64,000 bases of DNA from positions 16,988,001-17,052,000 of the forward strand of contig NC_073379.1 of the NCBI RefSeq assembly GCF_028641065.1, given 5' to 3'. Below the pieces are notes generated by a model. The model did no database searches. It had not been told where the DNA came from and saw only the letters and a list, made by a program, of their open reading frames with translations. How positions within the stretch are numbered: position 1 is the stretch's first letter; every line of letters starts with the position of its first letter. Of this stretch, positions 49,350 to 62,924 are shown in pieces. The position numbers were made by a program, and so were the translations under genes. This DNA is from Leucoraja erinacea (lineage: Eukaryota).

Positions 49350-50220
49350 CCAGTTGGAATAGTGAAAGGCTTAGAAAGAGTGGATGTGGAGAGGATGTTT
49401 CCATTAGTGGGATAGTCTAGTGGGAGGTCATAGCCCCAGAATTAAAGAATGTATCTTTAGGAAGCAGATGAGGATTTTCTTTCGTCAACATGTGGTGAAT
49501 CTGTGGAATTCTTTGCCACAGAAGGCTGTGGAGGCCAAGTCAATTGATATTTTTAATGCAGAGATAGATAGATTATTGATTAGTACGGGTGTCATGAGTT
49601 TTGGGTAGAAGGCAGGAGAATGGGGTTAGGAGGGAGCGATAGATCAGCCTCACAGGGCCCTAGTGAGACCACACCTGGAGTATTGTGTGCAGTTTTGGTC
49701 CCATAATTTGTGGAAGGACATTCTTGCTATTGAGGGAATGCAGCATAGGTTTACAAGGTTAATTCCCGGGATTGCGGGACTGTCATATGCTGAGAGAATG
49801 GAGTGGCTGGGCTTCTATACTCTAGAGTTTAGAAGGATGAGAGGATATCTTATTGAAACATAAGATTATTAAGGGTTTGGACATGCTAGAGACAGGAAAC
49901 GTGTTCCCGATGTTGGGGGAGTCCAGAACCAGGGGCCACAGTTTAAAAATAAGCGGTAAGCAAGCCATTTAGAACAGAGACGAGGAAACACTTTTTCTCA
50001 CAGAGAGTTGTGAGTGTGGAATTCTCTGCCTCAGAGGCCGATTCTCTGGATACTTTCAAGAGAGAGCTAGATAGGGCACTTAATGATAGCAGAGTCAGGG
50101 GATATGGGGAGAAGGCAGGAACGGGGTACTGATTGGGGATGATCAACCATGATCACATTGAATGGTGGTGCTAGCTCAAAGGGCCGAATGGCCTACTCCT
50201 GCACCTATTGTCTATTGTCA
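49350..50220 (+). mobile_element. Two CR1-type LINE 3' fragments
   Basis: VRPHLEYCVQFW...ILAIEGMQHRFTRLIPG, with the shared ggccgaatggcctactcctgcacct tail. Confidence 0.85.
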
Positions 50221-50257
50221 GTCATGATTGAATGGCGGAGTAGACGATGGGCCGAAC

Positions 50258-50395
50258 AGTGATCAAGGAAGAAACGGAGTGCTTTAAAGTCTTTCTTGTG
50301 GGGAATGCAGGTATAGAGTGACTGAACATCCCTAGTAAAGATGAGGGAGTGGGGGCCTGGAAAACATAAGTCACTGAAGAGACAAAGGGCGTTGC
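50258..50395 (-). mobile_element. Penelope-like RT fragment
   Basis: LIFTRDVQSLYTCIPH resembles the PLE RT motif FTMDVxSLYTxIPH. Confidence 0.65.
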
Positions 50396-51269
50396 GTGTC
50401 AGAACGTAGTCTGAAACACTGCGAGCTAGCACCCAGCAGATTATGAGCCTTTATAGATTTAACCGTAGATCATTCCGAGCTGGTTGACCAAATATTGAAA
50501 CATTTACAAAACAGGAATTTTATTACAAAAACATACTTTATCAATGGACAGTATTATAACAATATAGTTTAGTACACTCCAATCTTGTTTTTCGCCAGTC
50601 AGTAACATTGAAATATGATTTATTATTAAATTTACTAAAGTCTTCAAAAAGATTGCAGTTACCAAAATGATACCAGGACTAACAGGTTAACGTGGCCCTA
50701 CTGTGTTTAATATTTGCATGTGGTTGGAAAGTTAAGGGTGATCTGATGATTAAATCACTTACATTGGATTCAATGCAACTCCAATGCTGAATTTTAGAAA
50801 AAAGGAGGGAAACCATAAAATTAGCCTGACCGGGAGTAATGTCAGCAAAAATCTGTTCCCCAAGAAGTGAGAACAATGGAATCTGGAACAGCAAACTCTG
50901 CAACTCCTCCCAACCCAAGCCTCATGTCCCAAAACTGCCAAAAACATTGAGAACACATCTGTTTAAAGAGCCAAAAATGAATACTGATGATTGACTAGGT
51001 AAAGGTGTTTGGATTATAAGGAGCTGTGGCAAGTTAACAGAGTTAAGAGGCATTGCCAACAATGGCAGAAGGAACTTGAGCAGGTTGAATGGATGACCCG
51101 TGTTCTTGGGTCACTCAATGTCCAAGGGCTTTATAACTAATTAAGTACTGCCGATATGATGCAAGGAAATGCACAACAAATTCCAAAACATCAGTTTCTT
51201 GGAGATCTGAAAGTCCATTTTTGGTAATAAAAAAATGAATATTGGACAGGTACTAGGGAACTGTGACTA

Positions 51270-51820
51270 ACGCTGTGCCACAGGGCTCAGTGCTGGGGTC
51301 CATTACTGCTTGTCATCCATATCAATGATTTGGAGGAGAATTACCAAGGTATGATTCACAAGTTTGCAGATGACATTAAAGTGAGTGGTATTGTCGATAG
51401 TGAAGGTTGTCAAAAATTGCAGCAGTATCTTGATCGGTTGGGCAGGTGGGCTGAAGAATGATTGATGGATTTTGATACAGAGAAATGAGAGGCGTTACAT
51501 TTCGGGAAGACTAACAAGGGCAGGACCAACACAATGAATGGCAGGACTCTGGGGGTGTTTGAGAGCAGAGGGATCTAGTACAGATACATTGTTTGTTGAA
51601 TGTGGCGTTACAGGTACTTAGGGTGGTCAAAAATGTTTTTTGGCACATTGGGCTTCAATGGAGTATTGATTTATAGAAGTTGGGAGGTCATGTTACAGTT
51701 ATACAAGACATAGCTGAGGCCACATTTGGAGTATTGTGCTCGGTTTTGGACAACATGTTAGGTTTAGGACAAAGATGTTGCCAAGCTGTAAAGGGTGCAG
51801 AGAAGATTTATGAGGAGGTT
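51270..51820 (+). mobile_element. Degenerate CR1 LINE RT fragment
   Basis: VPQGSVLG...INDL...KFADD motifs in broken frames. Confidence 0.75.
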
Positions 51821-51932
51821 TGCGTAGGAAGGAAAGAACTGCAGATGCTGGTTTAAACCGGAGGTGGATACAAAATGCTGGAGTAACTCGGCCAGCCACA
51901 GCGCGCCGCTAGCCTGAGTGGATCTTCGAATC

Positions 51933-52574
51933 TTAGTGGATCTTAGTGGATATTCTGCCGGCGGATGTCACGCGGCAATTGCTGCAAGTAGGTGTACTCG
52001 AAGCATCGAGCATCTCGCTCATGAGGGCCAAGGGCTTCCGGTTGCCGAGCCCGCCCATGTTGAGAACCCTCGCCGCTCGCTCCATGCAGCTCGGCCCGTA
52101 GATCCCGAGCAGCAGCTCCTTGAGGCCTGCATACTTCCCCACAGCTGGCGGATTATCCAGGTACAGCACGACCCGACCGGCTGTTTCTTGGTCGAGAGCG
52201 CTTACCACGTAATGGTAACGGGTCCCGTCGACCGTTACGCCGAGGACGTGGAACTGTGACTCGACCTGACGGAACCATACCCCCGGCTGCGAGGTCCAAA
52301 ATGTAGGCAGCTCCAGGGCGACTGCGTTGAGTTCGGCCTCTGAATGAAGTACAGTTGAGGTCCATTGCAGTTGTGGGTGAGTGAGACCCGGAGCTGCGGG
52401 AGTCAGAGCGAGGGCCTGCTGGTGCCGGCCCATCGCAGCCAGTGTAGAACGCCGGGCATGGAATGAGAACTTGTGAAAAATGGCAGAGCGACTGTCAGAA
52501 CCTGGAGTCCGGGTTGGGTCCGAACTGGGAGGTCTGGAATCCACAAAGTGACAGATGGAGGCACAGGCAAGCAC
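51933..52574 (-). mobile_element. Gypsy (Mag-type) LTR retrotransposon gag remnant
   Basis: AVALELPTFWTSQPGVWFRQVESQF...TRYHYVVSALDQ...LGNRKPLALMSEML matches the LPxFW..WF..EAQF gag (DUF7041-like) pattern; no pol follows. Confidence 0.75.
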
Positions 52575-53348
52575 CTAGAAAACACACGTGGATGTGATAA
52601 TGGGCTAAGATGTAGTCATAGAATCAGAGGGAAGGAGGAATTTTATGAGGAAGTTGCCAGGACACAAGGGACTGAGCTATAGGGAGAATTTGAACAGGCT
52701 AAGACCTCCTTGAAGCACAGGAGAATGAGCGCTTTGCCCAGCGTAGCGGAAATAGAGAACCAGAACAGAGGGAAAGATTTAATGGGAACCTGAGGGGTAA
52801 CTTATCTTTTATTTTACACAAAGGCTGGTGGGGTATATGGAATGCGTTGCCGGTCTCTCATTGCTGGTTTTTAAAGACAAATTAATTCACTTTCACCATG
52901 TTTTATTTTTTTGATTTGGACAAAGGGAAAAAGGATTTTAAAAAATGAGAGAATTGCCATAACTTGAACCAATTCTGTTTACTTCCGATTTGCCAAAAAC
53001 AGTGCTTCACATTCTCACAAGTGGCTGTGTCTCCATTGAATGATTTGTAATCATTCCAATGTGATTAAAACAAACAGTTTGAAGAGGTTCCACTCAATGG
53101 CAAGTACAGCATGATGCAAACATTCTTCATCTAAGATTTAACTGCTTTGGAAAAAAAATGTTGGCTTCGGTCCAGAAAATATCGTATTGAGCACTTGCAT
53201 TTTGCACACGTCAAAGAGAAAAGGAATGTCAATTTCAGAGATTTTTAAGTTAATAAAATTTTAGAAAAATATTTCCAAGTGAAGGTTTTCCAATGTTTTG
53301 ATGTAAAAATAACAATTCCAAGCGCATCTAAAGTGGCAGTGGTCATTT

Positions 53349-53496
53349 CTATGTGACAATCTTGCTGATGTTAGAATAGCCAACTCCAATGCAAGTCATT
53401 AATACTTTGTCTCCACCTTTCCTCTCTTCCATGGACTGGGTTTCAATCTTGAACATAATTTGGAAAAAGCTCTTCAGATGACGCAGAAACTCAATC
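53349..53496 (-). CDS. RCL1: RCL1 last coding exon
   Basis: IEFLRHLKSFFQIMFKIETQSMEERKGGDKVLMTCIGVGYSNISKIVT-stop; acceptor tttgtttaag|. Confidence 0.95.
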
Positions 53497-54399
53497 CTTA
53501 AACAAATTAAGAGTTACACTTATCAGGTATGACATCTTCACTATCATATAATCACAGAATATGTATCTCAACTTTTCACCCAAGTATGGATGGGTAATGA
53601 GTATGAACTTTAGAACCATTTAAAAGTGAACAACACGAGTAAGGACGTCAGCAGGGCAATAAGGCAAAGATAAATGCATTAAGACAAAATAAAAATCATC
53701 TTCTTTTACTGCTCAAAAAACAAACTTCTATCTCCATTATATTTTAAGCAGCCCTTCCAAGTATTTAAATGTTCAACATTGTTCAATGTTTCTACTGAAA
53801 GACAGCAGAATTAACCAGGCAAACCTTCCTTTGCACAGACATGGACAATTTCAGAAAGCAGGTTTCCTCACACATTCCAAAGACGTGAAGGTTGGTTGGT
53901 TAATTGGCTTTGGTAAAGATTATAAATTGTCCCTAGTGTGTAGGATAGTGTTTGTGTAAGGTGTATGGGGATCGCCAGTGGGGCGAAGGGCCTGTTTCCA
54001 TACTGTATCTGTAAACAAAACTAAACAGCTTTCACAATGAAATAGATATTTCAGCTCTGAGGCAGCACAAATGTTTGCCGCTATAAATCACTAGATGATT
54101 AAAAAAAATAAAGGCCTGAAGATGGATCTTTTTCCTCCTGAGATGCTGCCTGACCCGCAGGGTTACTCCAGCACTTTGTGTCTATCTTTAGCATAAGCCA
54201 GCATCTGCAGTTCCTCGTTTCTACTTCTGGATAAATAGAGTGTTTGTTAAGTAATGAATTTCTCACCTCCTAGTGGTGAACCTGAAATGAGAACTCAACC
54301 ATCTGGTCAAGAACAAAAGGCAACTTTGTAGCCCAACATGGATAGCAATAGCAGAAAAAGACTGACATTAGATGGAAATCTTTCATTTGTACCCACAGT

Positions 54400-55680
54400 A
54401 GAGAGCAGAGTCACCTCATCTTGGGCCTGAGCAGAGGGAAGATTGTACAACAAGACCAGGTACATTAGGTTGTTGTCTATCAACTACAGCTCAGCGTTCA
54501 ACACCCACCCTATGGGGTCTCAGCACATCCCTGAGCAACTGGGTTGTTAACTTCTTCATGATCAGTCGTCAATTAGTATGAATTAGCAACACACCTTCTC
54601 CTCTTCACTGATCAGCACAGGAACAGCTGAAGGTTGTATGCTCAGACCCTTGCTCTATTTCGTCAATGCCCATGATCGCCTGCTTATGTGCTGCATTGCT
54701 CTATGACGCACAAACTCTGTAACCAAATTCACCGCATTAAACTTCCTTAAACTTCCATTAAAATTCCACCGTGGTTGGGTGAATCATGGGCAACATTGAG
54801 TTTGGTACACAGGAGGGAGATGGATATTCTGGTTGAATGTTGCCAGAACAACGTTAGGGTGGCATGGTGGTGCAGCGGTAGAGTTTCCGCCTTACAGCGC
54901 CGGAGACCCGGGTTCAATCCCGACTACGGATGCTGTCTGTCCGGAGTTTGTACGTTCTCCCCATAAACTGAGTGGGCTTTCTCCGAGATCTTCGGTTTCC
55001 TCCGACACTCCAAAGACGTACAGGTTTGTAGTTTAATTGGCTTGGTATGAATGTAAAAATGATCCCTAGTGTGTGTAGGTTAGTGTTAGTGTGCGGCGAT
55101 CGCTGGTCGGTGCGCACCCGGTGGGCCTGTTTCCGCGCTATATCTCTAAACTAAACAATCTTGCTCTCAATATCACCAAGCTGATTGGTGACTTCTGGAA
55201 GGGTAAAACTGAGGATCTATGAACCTGCCTTCATCAGTGAGATGATTGTGGAGTGTCAACAGCTTCAGGTTCTTGGGTGTGCACGTCTCTCCTGGGCCCA
55301 GCACACTGATGCGATCACACAGAAAGCTCATCAATGTCTCTACTTCGTCAGACGTTTGAGGAGAGCCAGCATGTTGCTGAATACTCTTATCGGATTTCTA
55401 CAAGTGTATGGTAGAGAGCATACTGATTGTTTGCCTGGATTGGTAATGAAAACATGAATGAAAGAGGCTGCAGAACCTGGTGAACATTGCCAGGTCCATC
55501 ATGGGTGTTGACCTCCCCACCGCTAATATCAAAGACCCACACCACCCTGTCTACACTCTCACCTCACTGCTACTATTGGGAAGGCACAGGGGTCCGAGAA
55601 CCATCAGTTCCACGTTCAAGAACATCTTCTTCCTATCAGCCATTAGGCTCTTGAAACACACTGCACAATCCTAACCACAA
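54400..55680 (+). mobile_element. Old Rex1-type LINE fragment interrupted by an HE1 SINE (about 54857-55157)
   Basis: YSSAFNT and LSWAQHTDAITQKAHQCLYFVRRLRR motifs; full SINE inside. Confidence 0.7.
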
Positions 55681-58013
55681 CCCAACCTCAGCACCAAATT
55701 ATGGACTTCATTTAGGCTGGACCACGTACTTTGGCTTGCACTATTGTCGGGTTACACTACTATAACTGACAATTTATTGTATTATTGTATATTTATTTCC
55801 GGCGCTCTTGCGTTATAGTGCCTATAAAGATGCAGCAAGTAAGAATTTAATTGCTCCCAGTGCATATGAAAAACAGTCTTCACAATGTTCATAAGATCAT
55901 AAGTGATTGGAGCAGAATTAGGCCATTTGGCCCAACAAGTCTACTCCGCCATTCAATCATGGCTGATCTATTTCTCCCTCCAAACCCCATTTTCCTGCCT
56001 TCTCCCCATAACCTCTGACACCCGTACTAATCAAGATGTATGTAACCGATCAATAATGTTGTAACCTGCACCCATTTCCTTCCTCATTTCTCAATTAAAA
56101 CACTTGCAAACTGCTGCTATTTGTCGTAACAAAACTGCAGATGCTAGTTAATACACAAAAGGATACAAAGTGCTGGAGTAACTTAGCTGGAGAACATGGA
56201 TAGGTGATGAATTTGCTGGAGACCCTTCTTATGTTCCCGATGTTGGGGGAGTCCAGAACCAGGGGCCACAGTTTAAGAATAAGGGGTAGGCCATTTCGAA
56301 CAGAAAAGAGAAAAAACCTTTTCACCCAGAGAGTTGTGAATCTGTGGAATTTGCTGCCTCAGAAGGCAGTGGAGGCCAATTCCCTGGATGCTTTCAAGAG
56401 AGAGTTAAATAGAGTTCTTAAAGATAGCGGAGTTAGGGGATATGGTGACAAGGCAGGATTGGGGTACTGAATGTGGATGATCAGCCATGATCACAGTGAA
56501 TGGTGGTGCTGGCTCGAAAGGCCGAATGGCCTACTCCTGCACCTCTTGTCTATTGTCAATTCAAGGATCTGAAGAAGGGTCTCGACCGAAAACTTTGACC
56601 TGCTGAGATACTTGAGAAATGTGTAACATGGTTGCAATGTGTTCCTTTATAATGCAGTAGAGTCTGGCCTATCTTCATTCCAATGAAGAGCTAGATGAAT
56701 GTAGCAAATTAAAGCATAAATGTATGATCAACTAAGATATTTAACGACACATTAGTGGGTAAAATAAACGGCATGACACTTCAAGGTTCTAACGCAAGGT
56801 TCAGTGTTAATGTATGATAGTAGATTACAAATTTCATAATTGCACAGAATATTTAGTTTGAATTTACCAATGATTAACACTGTAATGTGATATGGATTTC
56901 ACCACAAATGGACTTTTGGCTTTATTTCATTTGGAAGTGTACTGGGAAATAATTTACTCCTTGGTAACGCTTGAGGAACAATGTGTGATCTGACAGTGAA
57001 TGTTACATATGATTGCTTCGAGCAATATACTGGAACAAAGATCCAAAAATCCTAAAGCACAGATCAAGGGCATGTGGCAAAACGGATTCTTTGAAAAGCT
57101 AACCGAATGTCAATATTGACCAGCGTTTTGAATGTTCATTTCTTTCCATTTACCCCATAACTCTTTCCTTTTTAAGCACGTATCCAATTCCCTGTTGCAA
57201 GTTACAACTGGCCCTACTTTAATCTCCCTCTCAGGTGGTACATTTTTGTTCAGACTCCTTGCAAAAAAGCAGCTCATTTCTCCTCTGGTTCTCGTTGGGG
57301 GGGGTCACTGCATCTCGAGATTTAGTTTAGTTGACTGGGCTCTTTAAGAAAATGAATGCCTATACCCTGCACCTTTGGCTGATCCAGAAATGGTAAACCA
57401 ACGGTGAGGTTGCCCCAGACTGCTTACGACGAGTGTGAAATCCTGAAGCAACTGGCATACGTGTGGTGTGTTTTGCCATCTCAAAAACAGGGAGGAGAAA
57501 CTGCTTCATGTGCGTCACTCAGACCAACCTCCCTTCCATTGACCCCATCTATACTTGACGCTGCCTCGTCAAGGCCACCAGCAGAATCAAGGGTCTGCCT
57601 CACCCCAGTTACTCTCTCTTCTCCCCTCTCCCATCAGATAACAGTTACAGAAGTTTGCAAATGCGTACCTTCAGATTCAGGGACATTTTCTTCCCAGCTG
57701 TTATCAGGCACCTGAACCATCCTCTCACCAACTAGAGAGTGGTCCTAATCTCCCATCTACACCATTGGAGACACTCGGACTATCTTTAATTGGACTTTAC
57801 CTGGAACTAAACGTTATACATTTATCGTGTAGCTGCATTGTGGATGGCCTGATTGTGATCATGTATAGTCTTTTAGTTGACTGGAATGCCAAAAAACTTT
57901 TCATTGTGACACCCGACAAAAATAAACTAAATTAAATGGCTACCACGTCGACACTGCTCCATCATGAGGTGCAGGTTGAGTAACCCAGCAGGGTCAGCAG
58001 GCTTGTGTTGGCC

Positions 58014-58091
58014 CTGTCACCCTTCAGTTATCACAGTACTGTACCTCTTGAAGAAACAGCACCGGTACCATGATAACTGAAGGAGGACAGT
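58014..58091 (-). ncRNA. MIR101-2: mir-101 precursor (mir-101-2 orthologue) in the last RCL1 intron
   Basis: Minus-strand hairpin ACTGTCCTCCTTCAGTTATCATGGTACCGGTGCTGT-loop-GGTACAGTACTGTGATAACTGAAGGGTGACAG. Mature TACAGTACTGTGATAACTGAA at 58043-58023 equals miR-101-3p. Confidence 0.96.
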
Positions 58092-58232
58092 TCAGATTGC
58101 TGAACCTTCCCATCTCCAGCTGAGGGAACATTTTGAAAATCAACATGACAAGAACACAACAGAAGCAAACTGAACCTTTTGCACAAAGTACACGGCCATA
58201 TCATGCTTGTGCACTGTTAGGCATTCACTTAC

Positions 58233-58336
58233 GTATAAGGAGACAATGGACCCATTTGAACTTTTGAAACATCCTGCTGACCAAGGGTCATGTACAGCAG
58301 AGCCAGACTCTGATTTATTGAATCTACACAGCCACC
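58233..58336 (-). CDS. RCL1: RCL1 penultimate exon
   Basis: GGCVDSINQSLALLYMTLGQQDVSKVQMGPLSPYT; gtacag| and |gtaagt. Confidence 0.95.
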
Positions 58337-59527
58337 CTGTACAAGCAGAGAAAAAGAAAGTCAGTCACAAACAACCAATGCTTCTCTGGCAATAAATCAA
58401 CATTCAAAACCATACGCAGAATCCCACGCTCGATTCTACAGAAAACACACTGCATTAAAACAGACACCAACCCCACTTCATCATCGTTGAAAACATTAGC
58501 GACGCAGTGGTGCTGATTTCCAACGGGAACGGTGACGGACGCACCACACATTTCAGTCCTCCAGTTCCTGTGGAATTCCGCCACTGGAAGTATAGGATTT
58601 TGGTGTGTGCGCGCTTTTTTTCATCATCCCTTACAATGCTACGTACGACAGTGATAGCAACTTCTACTGAAGTGTGGATGGCCGTTGGTTCACTAGAAGC
58701 TCATCCGCCCTTTGACAGGTCCTGCTGGGGCTCCACAGCCCCCTCCTCACCTGGCAAACCAGGTGGGTCCGACTATCCGACCACGGAGCAGGTAACACGG
58801 GGATTACATATTACCCATGGCGGGGGGGATCTCCCCTCCCCCCGACATGACCACTCCAACCCTCATCAAAACAGACTCTCCCGGCATTGTTTACTCATGC
58901 TGTCAATTCCAGAGATGATAATCAGCAAGTAATACTATAATCAAAGCTACTACCCCCACACCCAATATTGAGGGAGCACTTCTTCAAAGATTCCTATGTT
59001 TAGGTGAAAATTGAAGTCAAGGCCTTTAATAGGTTCTAGATAAAACATACCATTGCACAGATGAAGATGCACAAATTCCTCCCAATGGCCACTTCACCCT
59101 CTCCTAACAGATTACTGAATAACAGCAAAGTCACTGCACCTGAGGTGTGATAGTGGTGTAGCTGTTATTACCAAATGAGCAACTAGCAACCTAGCAACAA
59201 TCGAGAGATGCAACCAAATTTCACCATGCAAAGGTGACATTGAAATTCAGAGAATAAACTGGAATCAAAAACAAACCAGAACTAGTCTCAGTAAAAATGA
59301 CCGCAAGCCGACAAGATTGTGGTTAAAACGGCACTTGCTTCACTCATGTTCTTCAGGGAAAGGGTTCTTGACATCCCCACATAACAAAAGGTGAACTAAT
59401 AATAAAAAGAAAATCAGTCTGGGTGGCTAGGAATTCTTCCTTACACAGGTAGCTGATCTCAAAAGAGTCCATCAAAGCCCTCTTAGTTCTCAACAAAATA
59501 TCTGTTCGGATGAGTTCAGATAACTAA

Positions 59528-59733
59528 AGGACCTGTCCCACTTTCACGACCTCTGCCGAGTTTGCCCTTGACTCATACTCGCAGCATGGTCGTCATGAGG
59601 TCGTAGGTGGGTCGTGATGCTAGTCGTAAGTACTCGTGGCATCAAGTAGGTCGCGGCGTTTTTTCTAGCCTGATGAAAAATGTCCATGAGTAAAAAAGGT
59701 TGTGAATTAGGTTGTGAAAGTGGGACAGGCCCT
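59528..59733. mobile_element. PIF/Harbinger-type MITE
   Basis: TIRs AGGACCTGTCCCACTTTCAC / GTGAAAGTGGGACAGGCCCT; TAA TSD on both sides. Confidence 0.85.
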
Positions 59734-60469
59734 TAAATCCTTTGTACAGTTTTTGTCTTCTGACCACAAGGCTCTGATCTCCTATCCACTAATCATCAGA
59801 TAAGACAATCGTGAAACACCTGGATACATAGCTAAAGTTATGAATTGTAGTGTACAATACTGCGCTCTTAAATTAAAGTGTATACAATGGATGCCACACA
59901 AAGATGACTCGCTTTTATCATAACCCCAGAAGAGTAACTGGTTTAAATCTCAAGTTGTAAAAGCAGAGGGGATGAAAACTAAAGGAGGGTGAATGATCTC
60001 TTTAGAGGGACACAGGGCAGGCTATACAACACCAGCCTTGTCTGCAATGCCCACAACTGTAGTAATCCACAAAAAAAATCAAAGCACTGCCATGTATAAC
60101 AGCAAAAAAAACAAAAAAACAAGTCATTCTATACAATTAAACAAATTCTAGTCTGGATCTCTGCTTCAACCTGGAACTAAAAATGTTCTTGAAAGGATCA
60201 AGTGCTGGGTTAACTCAGCAGATCAGGCATCTCTGGAGAACATGGATAGCTGAATAATGAACATGGATATGATGACCTATCCTCGTTCTCCAGAGATGCT
60301 GCATGACCTGCTGAGTTACTCCAGAACTTTGTGTCCCTTTGTGTATTAGCCAGGATCTAGTTTCTTTCTTCTACTAAAATGTTCTTATGGAAATGCAATA
60401 AAATAATTTGAAAGCAAGTCTAGTTGGTTGATTGGATCCAACAGCTTTGCACTCTATGAAATTCCTTTC

Positions 60470-61125
60470 ATAAGGTCATAACAAATAGGAGTAGAATTAG
60501 GCCATTTGGTGCACAATTCTACTCCGCCATTCAATCATGGCTGATCTATCTCTTCCCTCCTAACCCCATTCTCATGCCTTCTCCCCATAACCTCTGACCC
60601 GTACTAATCAAGAATCTCTCTCAGCCCCAAATATATCCACTGACTGGGCCTCCACCGCCTTCTGCGGCAAAGAATTCCAGATTCTCCACCCTCAGACTAA
60701 AGAAATTTCTCCTCATCTCCTTCCTAAAAGAACGTCCTTTAATTCTGAGGCTGTGACCTCTAGTCCTCGACTCTCTCACTAGTGGAAACATCCTCTCCAC
60801 ATCCACTCTATCCAGGCCTTTCACTATTCTGTATGTTTAAATGAGGTCCACCCCCCTCATTCTTCTAAACTCCAGCGAGTACAGGCCCAGTGCCGACAAA
60901 CGCTCATCATAGGTTAACCTACTCATTCCTGGGATCATTCTTGTACATCTCCTCTGGGCCCTCTCCAGAGCCAGTACATCCTGCCTCAGATATTGTGCCC
61001 AAAATTGCTCACAATATACCAAATGTGGCCTTACCAGTGCCTTATAGAGCCTCAGCCTGATTGAGTACAAGCCCTCTGGAAATAAATGCTAGCATTGAGT
61101 TTGCTTTCTTAACTACCTTGCCAAT
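60470..61125 (-). mobile_element. CR1-type LINE 3' fragment
   Basis: LRLYKALVRPHLVYCEQFW...MKGLDRVDVERMFPLV.ESRTRGH. Confidence 0.85.
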
Positions 61126-61193
61126 ATTTAGCACCCACTCCCCTCGCTAATGGCTATCCTGAAAGCCTCAAAGTATTTTTCGCAGGAACTTAC

Positions 61194-61350
61194 CCTGTAG
61201 ATTTCCTCTAAAAGCAGCTTTGCACAGTTCTTGCCGAGATCCTCAGGCAGGAGCGGGGACCCTTGGCCGGTGGGGTTTGAGGCCAGCTCCGCACTCAGCA
61301 GTGTCCCAGTGGTTGTTTCTGCCACCAAAGACAAGCCAAATCCCGGAGAC
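61194..61350 (-). CDS. RCL1: RCL1 internal exon
   Basis: SPGFGLSLVAETTTGTLLSAELASNPTGQGSPLLPEDLGKNCAKLLLEEIYR; tttag| and AGG|gtaagt. Confidence 0.95.
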
Positions 61351-62542
61351 CTAAACATAATCACACACATACATACTGTCAGGGGTTTCAGATGGCACTT
61401 CACCTCAACATGAAAACTCAACCACAAAGCACACACAGTTCCGAGAGACAGAAAGGTTTTTTTTTTAAAGTCAAATTAGTTGGAGTATTATATCATTCTA
61501 TATGTCACAAGAAAGTGAGCATTAATTATCAAATAACATTCTCAATTTAAAGCTTAGTTGAAGACAATGTCAGTTAGAGAATCAATTATTTAATTTTATA
61601 TAACCTACTTCTCTCTAAATACTCCTCGATCAACATTGATATGTTAAGCTGCTCAGGAGGAAATGCTTTCTAGAGCTTCTCAATGTAAATTACACAGATA
61701 TGGCAAAGCAGCAGGGATTTAATCCTGCATTTGATTGTTTTCAATTTCCACCACCTCCCCGAATGTCACTATTTTAACAATCTAGACAAAATGGATAACA
61801 CAAATGCTTTAGACCGGCAGCATTGGAAGTTGATAAGAGATTATAAAATCAGGTTTGAATTGCAAAATCATGTAAATTGGGTTGCAGTCTGCTTCCCATA
61901 GGATCAAAACATTGGCTCTGAAGTGATGTATGAAAGAGCTGTTGTCATTTAAGCAATGGAATTAAATAAAGCCAGGGAATGCCTATACACTGAGACAATA
62001 AACTGATCCACCTATTTTGGGTAACATACCACCAGAGTACAAATAAAACATGTGAAAATATATAACCAAGTGTTTAAAATCTGTCACGTCAGCAAAATCA
62101 GGGAATGATTCCAGTGTAAACTAAAATAACACACAAAACCAAATGAAAAACAGAAGATTTGGAGATAGTAAGTAAGACATGTGTAGTGAGAGGAAAGCAT
62201 GTTTAATGCTTCAGCTCAATGGCCTTTCATTAGAATTTACACAAAGAACATTGACCAACATTGACATTGACTCAATTTCTCTCTCAAGGATGCCATCTAG
62301 TCTGCTCATTATTGCCAGTATTTTCTGCTTTCACCTCAGACTTGCAATATTGGTAGCTATTTTCAGTATTAGATCAAAAGCCATTTGACGTTTCAATTGC
62401 ACTCCTAATGCGATAATCAGCGGGCATTTTAGTTGTATCATCCACTATATTTTAACAAAAGTCACAAGATACTTTAAAGCATATTTAAAAAAAATCAAAC
62501 ATAGTTGTCAGACCAAGTCCTCACCGCTCCAGATTGACTCAC

Positions 62543-62668
62543 TTTCCTGAATTTGCTCCTTTCATGTGATCAGTGTAGATATAGATGTCTGGTATGAACT
62601 TGTTTAAAATGCTTCTGGCTGCATCAACAATTCTATTGGCCATCTGTGGAGATACTCTGGTGCAGTAC
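62543..62668 (-). CDS. RCL1: RCL1 internal exon
   Basis: YCTRVSPQMANRIVDAARSILNKFIPDIYIYTDHMKGANSGK; ccgcag| and |gtgagt; phases join the next three exons. Confidence 0.95.
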
Positions 62669-62924
62669 CTGCGGTTCTCAGTGAAGGAAAATTAAATGGC
62701 AGCAAACACTGAAGTAAACCCAGAAGAGATCATTACTTTGATTCGCTCGGGGTAACAAAAGGCTCATCTGTACTCTAAAGTAGTTGATGGTAAGCAAGAT
62801 ATGGTTAATCAAAAAACACTTTGACAGGTACACAGTATAGGGGTATACAGCATAATTGGTACACAGGATAAATATACACACTATGTCTTTCCCAAATCTC
62901 TCTGTTCTGCAATACCCGACGGCT

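Noticed and set aside
50510-50640. AT-rich stretch with minus-strand AATAAA as a possible RCL1 poly(A) site (another near 52901)
   Set aside because: Several candidate hexamers in AT-rich DNA; none can be chosen from sequence alone.
58400-58930. 141-aa ORF and CpG-containing segment in an RCL1 intron as a possible snoRNA or gene
   Set aside because: No convincing box C/D or H/ACA arrangement or protein motif; probably a transposon remnant.
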